Of a stretch of DNA of 64,000 nucleotides, positions 18,115-26,184 are shown piece after piece. Source of the stretch: Patescibacteria group bacterium (GTDB lineage Bacteria > Patescibacteriota > Microgenomatia > UBA8517); assembly GCA_025999275.1 (NCBI GenBank), contig AP024680.1, positions 318,393-382,392 on the forward strand. The letters run 5' to 3'. The translations under genes and the position numbers were made by a program. How positions within the stretch are numbered: position 1 is the stretch's first letter; every line of letters starts with the position of its first letter. The notes beneath the pieces are model-generated. The model was not told the origin of the DNA, searched no databases, and saw only the letters and a list, made by a program, of their open reading frames with translations.

Positions 18115-18786
18115 ATGGAAGAAGTTCAGTTGGAAGAGCAACAACCAGTTTCTTCACCTTTGAATTCATCTCCTTTGTCTTCGGGTCAATTCCAAAGACA
18201 GTATTCAAAAGGAAGTAAAAAAACGGTGGGTTTGGTTTTGCTTTTGATTTCTCTAGTGTTGATAGGTGGAGCTGTTGTTTATTTTCTTTCTTTAAAAAAG
18301 AATGATAATAGTCAAAAACAGGGAACAATTTCTGAAACTCCTGTTCCTATTGTGGTTGAAGAGAACATGGAAAGTTCTCCCACACCAACCATTACCCCCG
18401 TTGTAGATAAAAAAGTTATTTCAATTCAGGTTCTAAACGGAACTGGAATTGTGGGTGAAGCGGCTTACCTTCAGGGTAAATTGGAGGATTTGGGTTATAC
18501 CTCTGTTAAAATTGGCAATGCTACTAAGCAAGATTATGAATCAACTGTTGTAACTTTTTCGCCAGATTTAGATCCTGCTGTGGTTGAGGAAATTACAAAA
18601 GAACTTGAAAAGATATATTCTAAGATAGAAACAAAGAAAAGTTCATCTATTAGTGGTGATGTGGAGATAATAACAGGTCTTAGGTCTGGACAAACCCCAA
18701 AAGTTTCATCTACATCAACTCCCAAACCAACAGTAACATCAACTCCAAAAGCTACAACTAGTTCATCTCCAACTTCTTCCCTTTAA
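18115..18786 (+). CDS. LytR C-terminal domain membrane protein with S/T/P-rich tails
   Basis: IQVLNGTGIVGEAA...LEDLGY...GNA, DVEIITG. Start set to ATG 18115 downstream of TTGACA(18076)-17-TATATT. Confidence 0.8.
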   Translation: MEEVQLEEQQPVSSPLNSSPLSSGQFQRQYSKGSKKTVGLVLLLISLVLIGGAVVYFLSLKKNDNSQKQGTISETPVPIVVEENMESSPTPTITPVVDKKVISIQVLNGTGIVGEAAYLQGKLEDLGYTSVKIGNATKQDYESTVVTFSPDLDPAVVEEITKELEKIYSKIETKKSSSISGDVEIITGLRSGQTPKVSSTSTPKPTVTSTPKATTSSSPTSSL

Positions 18787-18812
18787 ACTCAAATTTTGTG
18801 ATAATATGAGGT

Positions 18813-19286
18813 ATGGATTACTTGAGCAAGATTAGTTCAATTTTGCCTAAAGGTGGTTTTCATTACAAATTGGGCAATTTTTATTTTGAGCCATCTTATA
18901 TTCAAGTGGGTTTGATTATCTTTTTAATATTTCTTCTTCTTTTGTCTATTGCTCGGGTAAGGCATATGTTTGTCAGTTGGAGTTTGGGAAAACATTCGAT
19001 TGCTATTTTTGTTTGGGGTTTTATAGTTGCTCTGATTGTTGAGGGTTTCTTCGTTTTGGCAGGAAGAACAATGTTTACCGAGCTTTTGGGTTGGAAAAAC
19101 CCTCCCAAACCTATTGCCCACCTTTTAGACTTAGGTAGGAATAGGCTTGTTTATGTATTAGGTGAAAGTACAGAAATTAAGATTTCTCAGGCCAAAGAAA
19201 GTTCAGTGAATGAATTGATCAAAATTTTCTTTAGTTTAAGCATGGAGGAGAAGCAAAAAGTAAAAGCAGAAATTTGTAAACCTTAA
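18813..19286 (+). CDS. Hypothetical membrane protein
   Basis: Two TM helices; contains VLGEST. Confidence 0.7.
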   Translation: MDYLSKISSILPKGGFHYKLGNFYFEPSYIQVGLIIFLIFLLLLSIARVRHMFVSWSLGKHSIAIFVWGFIVALIVEGFFVLAGRTMFTELLGWKNPPKPIAHLLDLGRNRLVYVLGESTEIKISQAKESSVNELIKIFFSLSMEEKQKVKAEICKP

Positions 19287-19290
19287 AAAT

Positions 19291-20379
19291 ATGCCTGAAG
19301 TAAGACAAAGAGTAGAAGATGTTCAAAAAACTCTTAATGAGATTAAAAAATCTCTTAAAATTGAGGACAAAAAAACTCGACTTAAAGAGCTTGAAGCCGC
19401 TTCTCTTGATCCTGATTTTTGGAACGACCAGCAAAAGGCAAAACAAGTGATGCAGGAAATTGGCAATCTTCGTGATCTTATCGATAAGATTAAATCTTTT
19501 GAGGATGAAGTTGTTATTCTTTATGATCTAGTTAGAGAGAGCAAGGATGATGATGTTTTTGAGAAAGATGTGAGTTCTCTTGAAGAGAAGATGAAGGAGT
19601 TAAAACTAGCCTCTTTTCTTGATGGGCGTTATGATGAGAGGAATGCAATTGTTTCAATTCACGCTGGTCAAGGAGGGACGGAAGCAATGGATTGGGCCAG
19701 CATGCTTTATAGAATGTATCTTCGTTATGCAGAAAGAAAGGGTTTTAAAACAGAAACACTAGATTTAACTGAAGGTGAGGAAGCTGGGATAAAAAGTGTT
19801 ACTTTTAAAATAATAGGTCCTTATGCCTATGGATATTTAAAGGGAGAGTCAGGTACTCATCGTTTGGTTCGTCAGTCGCCTTTTAATGCAGATCATTTGA
19901 GGGAAACTTCTTTTGCTTTAGTTGGTGTTTTACCAGAAATTGGAGAAGTAGATGCTTCTGATATTAATTTTATAGATGAGGATCTTGAATGGCAGTTTTT
20001 TCGCTCTTCAAGCCAAGGAGGGCAAAATGTTCAGAAGGTTTCAACAGCGGTTAGAGTAAAACATATACCCACAGGAATAATAGTAACTTGCCAAACTCAG
20101 AGATTTCAGGAACAAAACCGTAAGATTGCTCTTGAACTATTGCGCGCCAAACTTTGGGCTCTTGAAGAAGAAAAAAAGAATAAAGAGGTCAAGGAAATAA
20201 AGGGTGAATATAGGCCTGCTTCATGGGGAAATCAGATAAGAAGTTATGTTCTTCATCCTTATAAAATGGTAAAAGACTTAAGGACTCAAGTCGAAACTTC
20301 CAATACTGAGGCTGTTTTGAATGGCGAAATAGATGATTTTATTGAGGCTGAAATAATGTCAAATTCAAGCTCTACTTGA
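19291..20379 (+). CDS. prfB: Peptide chain release factor 2 (no frameshift)
   Basis: AGQGGTEAMDWA, HRLVRQSPF, GGQ, WGNQIRSYVLHPY. Confidence 0.97.
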   Translation: MPEVRQRVEDVQKTLNEIKKSLKIEDKKTRLKELEAASLDPDFWNDQQKAKQVMQEIGNLRDLIDKIKSFEDEVVILYDLVRESKDDDVFEKDVSSLEEKMKELKLASFLDGRYDERNAIVSIHAGQGGTEAMDWASMLYRMYLRYAERKGFKTETLDLTEGEEAGIKSVTFKIIGPYAYGYLKGESGTHRLVRQSPFNADHLRETSFALVGVLPEIGEVDASDINFIDEDLEWQFFRSSSQGGQNVQKVSTAVRVKHIPTGIIVTCQTQRFQEQNRKIALELLRAKLWALEEEKKNKEVKEIKGEYRPASWGNQIRSYVLHPYKMVKDLRTQVETSNTEAVLNGEIDDFIEAEIMSNSSST

Positions 20380-20411
20380 ATTTTCATTTATTGTAGTTTA
20401 AAGTCTTAAGT

Positions 20412-20897
20412 ATGGATGAGAATCAAGTTTCAATAAACCAATCAAATACTAATAACAATCAGTCGTCTGTTGAAAAACCGATGTTGGGGAAAGTTACTTC
20501 CAGTTCTTCTAAAAATTTGATTATGATTACGCTTGCAGTTTTTGTTGTTGGGATGGGAATCTTTACTGGTTGGATTATCTCAGGAGGTTTGAAAGGAAAG
20601 CCAAAAACATCAACTTCTGAAGGGCAAGTTGTCAAAACTAGTAAAGAAGCTGGGGTAAGCGACGAGAAAACTTTTAAAGATACAGCTACTGGTGTTTTGA
20701 AACAGGGAGGTGTTAATGGTGAAGGAACTCACCATTTGGAAAGAGAAGGTGGTCCTTCTCAATATGTTTATTTGACTTCTTCTGTGATTGATCTTGATTC
20801 TTTTATAGATAAAAAGGTGCAGGTTTGGGGGGAAACAATATCGGCCGCCAAAGCTGGTTGGTTTATGGATGTTGGTAAAGTCAAAGTTCTTGAGTGA
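20412..20897 (+). CDS. Hypothetical single-TM protein
   Basis: N-terminal TM; C-terminal beta-rich domain (GEGTHHLER, YLTSSVIDL). Confidence 0.75.
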   Translation: MDENQVSINQSNTNNNQSSVEKPMLGKVTSSSSKNLIMITLAVFVVGMGIFTGWIISGGLKGKPKTSTSEGQVVKTSKEAGVSDEKTFKDTATGVLKQGGVNGEGTHHLEREGGPSQYVYLTSSVIDLDSFIDKKVQVWGETISAAKAGWFMDVGKVKVLE

Positions 20898-20915
20898 CAA
20901 GGTCCGTCCTTGTCA
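20895..20915. repeat. 21-bp REP-like palindrome, type B
   Basis: TGACAAGGTCCGTCCTTGTCA, identical to 33039-33059; its first TGA is the upstream stop codon. Confidence 0.88.
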
Positions 20916-20963
20916 TTATTTCTCTTCTTGTTAAGCTTTCCAAAATTTAGTAATCTTAAGTTA

Positions 20964-21623
20964 ATGCTTGAAGTTGTCGATGTTAGCAAAACTTACGGTG
21001 ATATAGTGGCTTTAAATAAGATTTCTTTTAGTGCTGAGGCTGGTGAATTGGTTTTTATCACTGGAAAATCAGGATCTGGCAAGACAACTCTTCTTAAGCT
21101 AATTTTGAGGGAAATTTTTCCTGACAGTGGAAAGATTTTATTTGAGGGTAAAGATATATTTTCTCTTAAAGGCAGTGAAATTCCTTTATATAGGCAAAAG
21201 ATTGGCGTAGTGTTTCAGGATTTTAAGATTTTAACAGAGAAAACAGTACGAGAAAATGTAGAAATTGCTTTGGCTGTAGTAGGTGTTCCTTCTTCTGAAT
21301 GGAATATTCGTGTTGATGAAGTTCTAAAAATGACTGGCCTTGACAGACGAAGTGAGCTTTTTCCTCTACAACTTTCCGGAGGAGAATTGCAAAGAGTTTC
21401 TCTAGCCCGTGCCTTGGTAGTCAACCCCCAAATTATTCTTGCAGATGAGCCGACTGGCAATCTTGACTGGGAAACGTCGGAGGGTATTATGGAATTATTC
21501 AAGAAAGTGGTTGAATCAGGCAAACTGGTCTTGATGGCAACACATAATCTAGCTTTGGTAGATAAGTATTCAAAGGTTGAAAAAGGAAGTAAAATGAAAA
21601 CTAAGGTTATTAATCTTTCTTAA
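20964..21623 (+). CDS. ftsE: Cell division ATP-binding protein FtsE
   Basis: GKSGSGKTT, IGVVFQDFK, LSGGE, ADEPTGNLD; adjacent to ftsX. ATG 20964 preferred. Confidence 0.92.
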   Translation: MLEVVDVSKTYGDIVALNKISFSAEAGELVFITGKSGSGKTTLLKLILREIFPDSGKILFEGKDIFSLKGSEIPLYRQKIGVVFQDFKILTEKTVRENVEIALAVVGVPSSEWNIRVDEVLKMTGLDRRSELFPLQLSGGELQRVSLARALVVNPQIILADEPTGNLDWETSEGIMELFKKVVESGKLVLMATHNLALVDKYSKVEKGSKMKTKVINLS

Positions 21624-21625
21624 AA

Positions 21626-22543
21626 ATGGGAATTCATTTTAAGACAGCTATAAGAAATATAATTAGGTCTCCTTTTCAGGCTTTTGCTGCTGTTTTTGTT
21701 TTGGCAATTACTTTCTTTATTGTTAGTATACTTGTTGCTCTTCTTTACTCTTCAAGTCAAGTTTTACATTATTTTGAAACAAGGCCACAAGTTATAGCTT
21801 TTTTGAAGTCAGATGTTTCAGCCGGTGATATTTATAATCTTCAGCAAAAGTTGAGTTCTGATACTCGAGTCAAGGAGGTTCGTTATGTTTCAAAAGAAGA
21901 TGCTTTGAAAATTTACAAGGAGGCAACTTCCGAGACTCCTCTTTTAGCTGAATTAGTTAGCCCTACAGCTTTTCCTGCCAGTCTTGAATTGTCGCTTGTT
22001 AAGCTTGACTACGCTCAAGAATTAATTAGTGAGTTAAAGCAAGAGAAACTAGTTGATCAGGTTGGCTTTACTGCAAACTTGGGGGGAGAGGCAACTTTGA
22101 ACAATACCATAAACAGACTCAAATCCATAGTAAATTATTTGAGATTAGGAGGCGGAATTTTTACGGCTTTCTTGGCTGTCACTTCCCTTATGGTTCTTTT
22201 GGTGGTTATAAGTATGAGATTAATGGCAAGGAAGCAGGAGGTGGATATTCTTAATTTGATTGGTGCAACACCACTTTTTGTTGCAAGTCCTGTTATTTTA
22301 GAGGCGTTTATTTATGTTTTAGTTGGAGTTTTTATTGGTTGGCTTTTGGCTTTTGTTTTGGTTTTATATTTTGCTCCGTCTTTGATTTCTTACTTTGGGC
22401 AGATCGAAATTTTACCAAAAGATACATTTACTCTTTTTAAAATGTCGTTATTAGTTTTGTTTGCAGAATGGCTGGCTGGGTTTGTTTTGGCTTTTTTGGG
22501 GAGCTTCCTTGCAATATCTCGTTTATCCAAAAAGAAGGCCTAG
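21626..22543 (+). CDS. ftsX: Cell division permease FtsX
   Basis: YVSKEDAL, RKQEVDILNLIGAT..FV..P...E; 4-TM layout. Confidence 0.9.
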   Translation: MGIHFKTAIRNIIRSPFQAFAAVFVLAITFFIVSILVALLYSSSQVLHYFETRPQVIAFLKSDVSAGDIYNLQQKLSSDTRVKEVRYVSKEDALKIYKEATSETPLLAELVSPTAFPASLELSLVKLDYAQELISELKQEKLVDQVGFTANLGGEATLNNTINRLKSIVNYLRLGGGIFTAFLAVTSLMVLLVVISMRLMARKQEVDILNLIGATPLFVASPVILEAFIYVLVGVFIGWLLAFVLVLYFAPSLISYFGQIEILPKDTFTLFKMSLLVLFAEWLAGFVLAFLGSFLAISRLSKKKA

Positions 22544-22553
22544 TTGTTAAAAA

Positions 22554-23729
22554 ATGCGCTTGCTTTTAAAAAAATTTTTCTTTTTTGTTTTATTAATCTT
22601 TCTTTTTGTGTTTTTATTTTCTTCTTTTACTGTTAGAGCGCAAGATCAGGATATTTCTCGTGACCAAAAATTAAAGGAATTGCAAGATCAAATTGCAAAG
22701 TATGAAGAGGAATTGAGTCGTCTTCGCCAACAATCAGCAACCTTAAGCAATCAAATAGCCCAGTATGACGCTCAGATTGCCCTTGCTACTTTGCAGATTG
22801 AGGAGACACAAAGAAAAATAGAGCTTTTAGAGGGTAGGATTGGACAGCTCGAAAATTCTTTAGACGCTTTAACTAAGGCTTTCTCATCACGTGCGGCTGA
22901 GACTTACAAAATGGTTAAGCTGGGCGAGCCGATTTTGTTTTTAATCTCATCTCCTGATCTTTCAACGGCGGTTTCAAGATTTCATTATCTAAAACTTATT
23001 CAACGATATGATCAAGAGCTTTTGATTAAACTTCAAGCAACCCAAACAACATATCAAGATCAAAAAACGGATCAGGAGTCTTTACAGAAACAGCTTGAAA
23101 AGCAAAAGGCCAATCTTGATGCTCAAAAGGCAGCTAAGGCTAATTTGTTGGCAGCGAGTAAAAATGATGAGAGGTATTACCAAAGACTTTTAACTCAAGC
23201 CAGAAGTCAGCTTGCAGCTTTGAGGCGTTATGTCACAAGTCAGGGTGGAGCAACTATCTTGCAAAATCAAACCAAGTGCGATGGTTGGGGTTGCTATTAT
23301 AACCAGCGAGATAGCCAGTGGGGGACAATTGGCATAGGTGGATCTTCTTATTCAGTGGCTGAATATGGATGTCTTATTTCTTCAATTGCAATGATTAGTA
23401 GCCATTATGGCAAAAAGCTGACGCCAGGTGATATTGCTATTAATCCGAATTATTTTGTCCCCGGAACTGGTTATATTTACCACTCAGCAGAAGGAATGCC
23501 TTTTACAATTAGCACGGCTTCAGTATCACAACTTGATAGTCTTCTTTCTAAAGGCCCTGTAATTGCAGGTCTTTACTCTGGGCCTGATCATTTTATTGTT
23601 ATTTTAAGAAAAGAAGGGAACGATTATATAATGCATGATCCTTTTATGCCTGATGGGGCAAATCGCCGATTGACTGAAAAATATAAAGTTTCAGATATCA
23701 CAAGTCTAAGATTGGTAAGCTTTAATTGA
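22554..23729 (+). CDS. Secreted PcsB/CwlO-type coiled-coil protein with C-terminal C39-like peptidase domain
   Basis: Signal peptide (VRA|QD), long coiled coil, then YNQRDSQWG...YGCLISS...HFIV...MHDP. Confidence 0.8.
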   Translation: MRLLLKKFFFFVLLIFLFVFLFSSFTVRAQDQDISRDQKLKELQDQIAKYEEELSRLRQQSATLSNQIAQYDAQIALATLQIEETQRKIELLEGRIGQLENSLDALTKAFSSRAAETYKMVKLGEPILFLISSPDLSTAVSRFHYLKLIQRYDQELLIKLQATQTTYQDQKTDQESLQKQLEKQKANLDAQKAAKANLLAASKNDERYYQRLLTQARSQLAALRRYVTSQGGATILQNQTKCDGWGCYYNQRDSQWGTIGIGGSSYSVAEYGCLISSIAMISSHYGKKLTPGDIAINPNYFVPGTGYIYHSAEGMPFTISTASVSQLDSLLSKGPVIAGLYSGPDHFIVILRKEGNDYIMHDPFMPDGANRRLTEKYKVSDITSLRLVSFN

Positions 23730-23735
23730 GTCTAC

Positions 23736-23771
23736 TTCCACGCCGGGCTTGGAATAGCTTCGCAAGCCGGG
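23736..23771 (+). repeat. Solo REP copy of the RAYT-flanking repeat
   Basis: TTCCACGCCGGGCTTGGAATAGCTTCGCAAGCCGGG identical to 36635-36670. Confidence 0.92.
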
Positions 23772-23841
23772 ATTATTGAATTAAATTTCCTATCGTTTTA
23801 TTGCTGATTTAGGATGTGTTATAAATAAAGTAGCTAAAAAA

Positions 23842-25074
23842 ATGGCCCAAGTTTCAAAAGCTTCTAAGAATGTTTATCTAGAGATTTTGTGTACAAGTTT
23901 TATTTCGTTCCTAAAAATTAAAAAAGATAGTTTTTTCATTTCATATAAAAATTATTTTGCTCGATTCTTTATTTTTGTATTTATTTCTTTTGCTGTCTTA
24001 TTTTTGTCTTTTTCGGAAGTTGCCGCTCAAGTGGTGATTAATGAGTTTCATCCCAATTCACCTGAGTGGGTAGAATTTTACAATAGTAGTTCTGACGTCA
24101 TAAATCTTTCTGATTTTTGGTTTGATGATGACGATAATTTTGTTTCTGATATAGGTACTTCTTCTAAAAGAAGATTGTCTGGTTTATTGAGTGGTGGCGC
24201 AACTTGCTATTTGGATCTTAATAGTTATTTAAATGATAATGGAGACAAGCCAACTATTTTTAGCTTGTCGGGGGAGATAATTGATAGTTATTCTTATATA
24301 TCATCTTTAGGAGATAAAACTTACTCTAGAGATCCTGATGGTGGTGAATGGGCTTCGGCTGGTATGGATCCGACAAAATCTCTGACCAATTGTTTGTCTC
24401 TGGCCACTCCAACTCCTACTCAAACTCCCACTCCAACACCAGTTTCCACTTCATCCTCTAATTCTTCTAGTTCAAAAGCAACGGTTAAAATAAATAGTGC
24501 CAAAGATCAAAACGGAAACGAACTTTTAGGATCGTTGAAAATTTACATCGACGGAAATTATACTGGCAATTATGCTCCAGAGACTTATACATTTTGTAGT
24601 GATTGTAAGTGTGGTAGTAATAATGTCCCTTGTGGTTTTGGCAATCACACTTTTAAAGTTGAAAAGACTGGTTATAATTCTTGGACAAAAACAGCGGAAA
24701 TAAGTGCTGATAATAATTATGAATTTGATCCAGTTTTGACTTTAGTATCTTCTAGTCCTTCTCCAACTTTGAAGGCAACTCCCACCGCAACTGCTTCAGC
24801 AACGCCAAAATCAACAACTTTTAATCTTTCAACTTCTAGCGAATCAGCGCTTCTTGCTGAGGATGTTTTTTCTAATAATAAAGGGGTTTTGGGTGCTTTT
24901 TCTGAAAGCAAGACATCAACTCCTGTTCCCAACCAATCTGATTCAAAGTTTAAATTAGCAGCTCTGTTTTTTATTATTTCGGGTCTTTCTTTTTTGGGAT
25001 CGGCCGTTTATGCTTATCTAAAGAAAAAGAAAAATGCAAAACCAGATGAGTCTAAAAGTGAAGAAGCTGGTTAA
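23842..25074 (+). CDS. Lamin-tail-domain/PEGA-like surface protein with C-terminal TM anchor
   Basis: VVINEFHPN..EWVEFYN (LTD), IYIDG.YTG..P (PEGA-like), TP-rich linkers, C-terminal TM plus basic tail. Confidence 0.8.
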   Translation: MAQVSKASKNVYLEILCTSFISFLKIKKDSFFISYKNYFARFFIFVFISFAVLFLSFSEVAAQVVINEFHPNSPEWVEFYNSSSDVINLSDFWFDDDDNFVSDIGTSSKRRLSGLLSGGATCYLDLNSYLNDNGDKPTIFSLSGEIIDSYSYISSLGDKTYSRDPDGGEWASAGMDPTKSLTNCLSLATPTPTQTPTPTPVSTSSSNSSSSKATVKINSAKDQNGNELLGSLKIYIDGNYTGNYAPETYTFCSDCKCGSNNVPCGFGNHTFKVEKTGYNSWTKTAEISADNNYEFDPVLTLVSSSPSPTLKATPTATASATPKSTTFNLSTSSESALLAEDVFSNNKGVLGAFSESKTSTPVPNQSDSKFKLAALFFIISGLSFLGSAVYAYLKKKKNAKPDESKSEEAG

Positions 25075-25444
25075 ACTTTGGGCGCCGCCTGTTTTTTGGA
25101 TGGCGCTTATTTTTTTTCTTAGCTCTCGTCCTACACTCAAAACGACTCAAATTTACTGGCAGGATTTTATTATCAAAAAAACAGCTCATTTTATTGAGTA
25201 TGCAATTTTGGCTTTTCTTTATCTCCGTGGCTTTTTGGGAAGCGGTTTTCCAAAAAAGAAGTCGTTTATTTTTGCACTTGTTCTTTGTATTTTGTATGCC
25301 GCTTCTGATGAATTTCACCAGTCTTTTATTCCCGGTCGGGAGCCAAGAATAAGGGATGTGATAATTGATACCATTGGCGCTTTTTCATCTTTGTACTATT
25401 TTGTCTTTTATAGAAAAAAGCCCTTTAAGTATTTGCAATCTTAA
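25034..25444 (+). CDS. VanZ family protein
   Basis: IFFLSS, KKTAHFIEYAIL, YAASDEFHQSFIPGR, DVIIDTIG. Confidence 0.9.
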   Translation: MQNQMSLKVKKLVKLWAPPVFWMALIFFLSSRPTLKTTQIYWQDFIIKKTAHFIEYAILAFLYLRGFLGSGFPKKKSFIFALVLCILYAASDEFHQSFIPGREPRIRDVIIDTIGAFSSLYYFVFYRKKPFKYLQS

Positions 25445-25468
25445 ATCAATCTGCACTATTATTAATTA

Positions 25469-26098
25469 ATGGCAAGGGAATCTGCTATTCAAAAAGAAAA
25501 GAAAAAGGTTTCTTCCTATCTTAATATTGCCGGTGAGGTCTTTATTCTTTTTTCAATCTTAATTTTGTTTTTCACCTATGGGCCGGTGACAAAAGAGGAG
25601 GTTTCCTATCAGATAAGACAAGTAGTTAAAAACAAAGAAGTCAAAGAAATCCAGCCTGTCAACACTCAATTTTCAATCGTTATTCCAAAACTTGAAGTTT
25701 CAGCGCCTGTATTTGCTTCTGTTGATCCTTTTAATCCAAGCGAATACTTGCCCGTCTTAAAAAAGGGAGTTGCTCATTCAAAATATTCCTCTTTTCCTGA
25801 CAGTTTTGGCAACACTTACCTTTTTGCCCATTCAACCGACGCTTTTTATAATGTTGGCAAATATAACGCTGTTTTTTATCTTCTTGGAAAATTAGAAAAG
25901 GGAGATGAGATAGATGTTTATTATAAGGACCAAAAATATGTTTATAGAGTATCTGATAAGAAAGTTGTTGAACCGAAGGACGTGTTTTATTTGGTCAATT
26001 CTGGAAAGGGAAATATTTTAACTCTTCAGACTTGCTATCCGCCAGGAACAACGTTAAAGCGTTTGATTGTTATTGCTAATCAGGAAGTTGGGATATAG
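25469..26098 (+). CDS. Sortase
   Basis: N-terminal TM, GVAH, NTYLFAHS (His), LTLQTCYPPG (Cys), KRLIV (Arg). Confidence 0.9.
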   Translation: MARESAIQKEKKKVSSYLNIAGEVFILFSILILFFTYGPVTKEEVSYQIRQVVKNKEVKEIQPVNTQFSIVIPKLEVSAPVFASVDPFNPSEYLPVLKKGVAHSKYSSFPDSFGNTYLFAHSTDAFYNVGKYNAVFYLLGKLEKGDEIDVYYKDQKYVYRVSDKKVVEPKDVFYLVNSGKGNILTLQTCYPPGTTLKRLIVIANQEVGI

Positions 26099-26128
26099 TA
26101 AAATTGAACAGGCTTTTTTAGCTAAATA

Positions 26129-26157
26129 TTGACTTTTCCTATAGCAAGTGTTATAAA
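26129..26157 (+). promoter_or_regulatory. Sigma70 promoter of the large adhesin gene
   Basis: TTGACT-17 nt-TATAAA with extended TG, upstream of ATG 26185. Confidence 0.6.
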
Positions 26158-26184
26158 GCATTTGGGTAGCCTAGCCTTATATAG

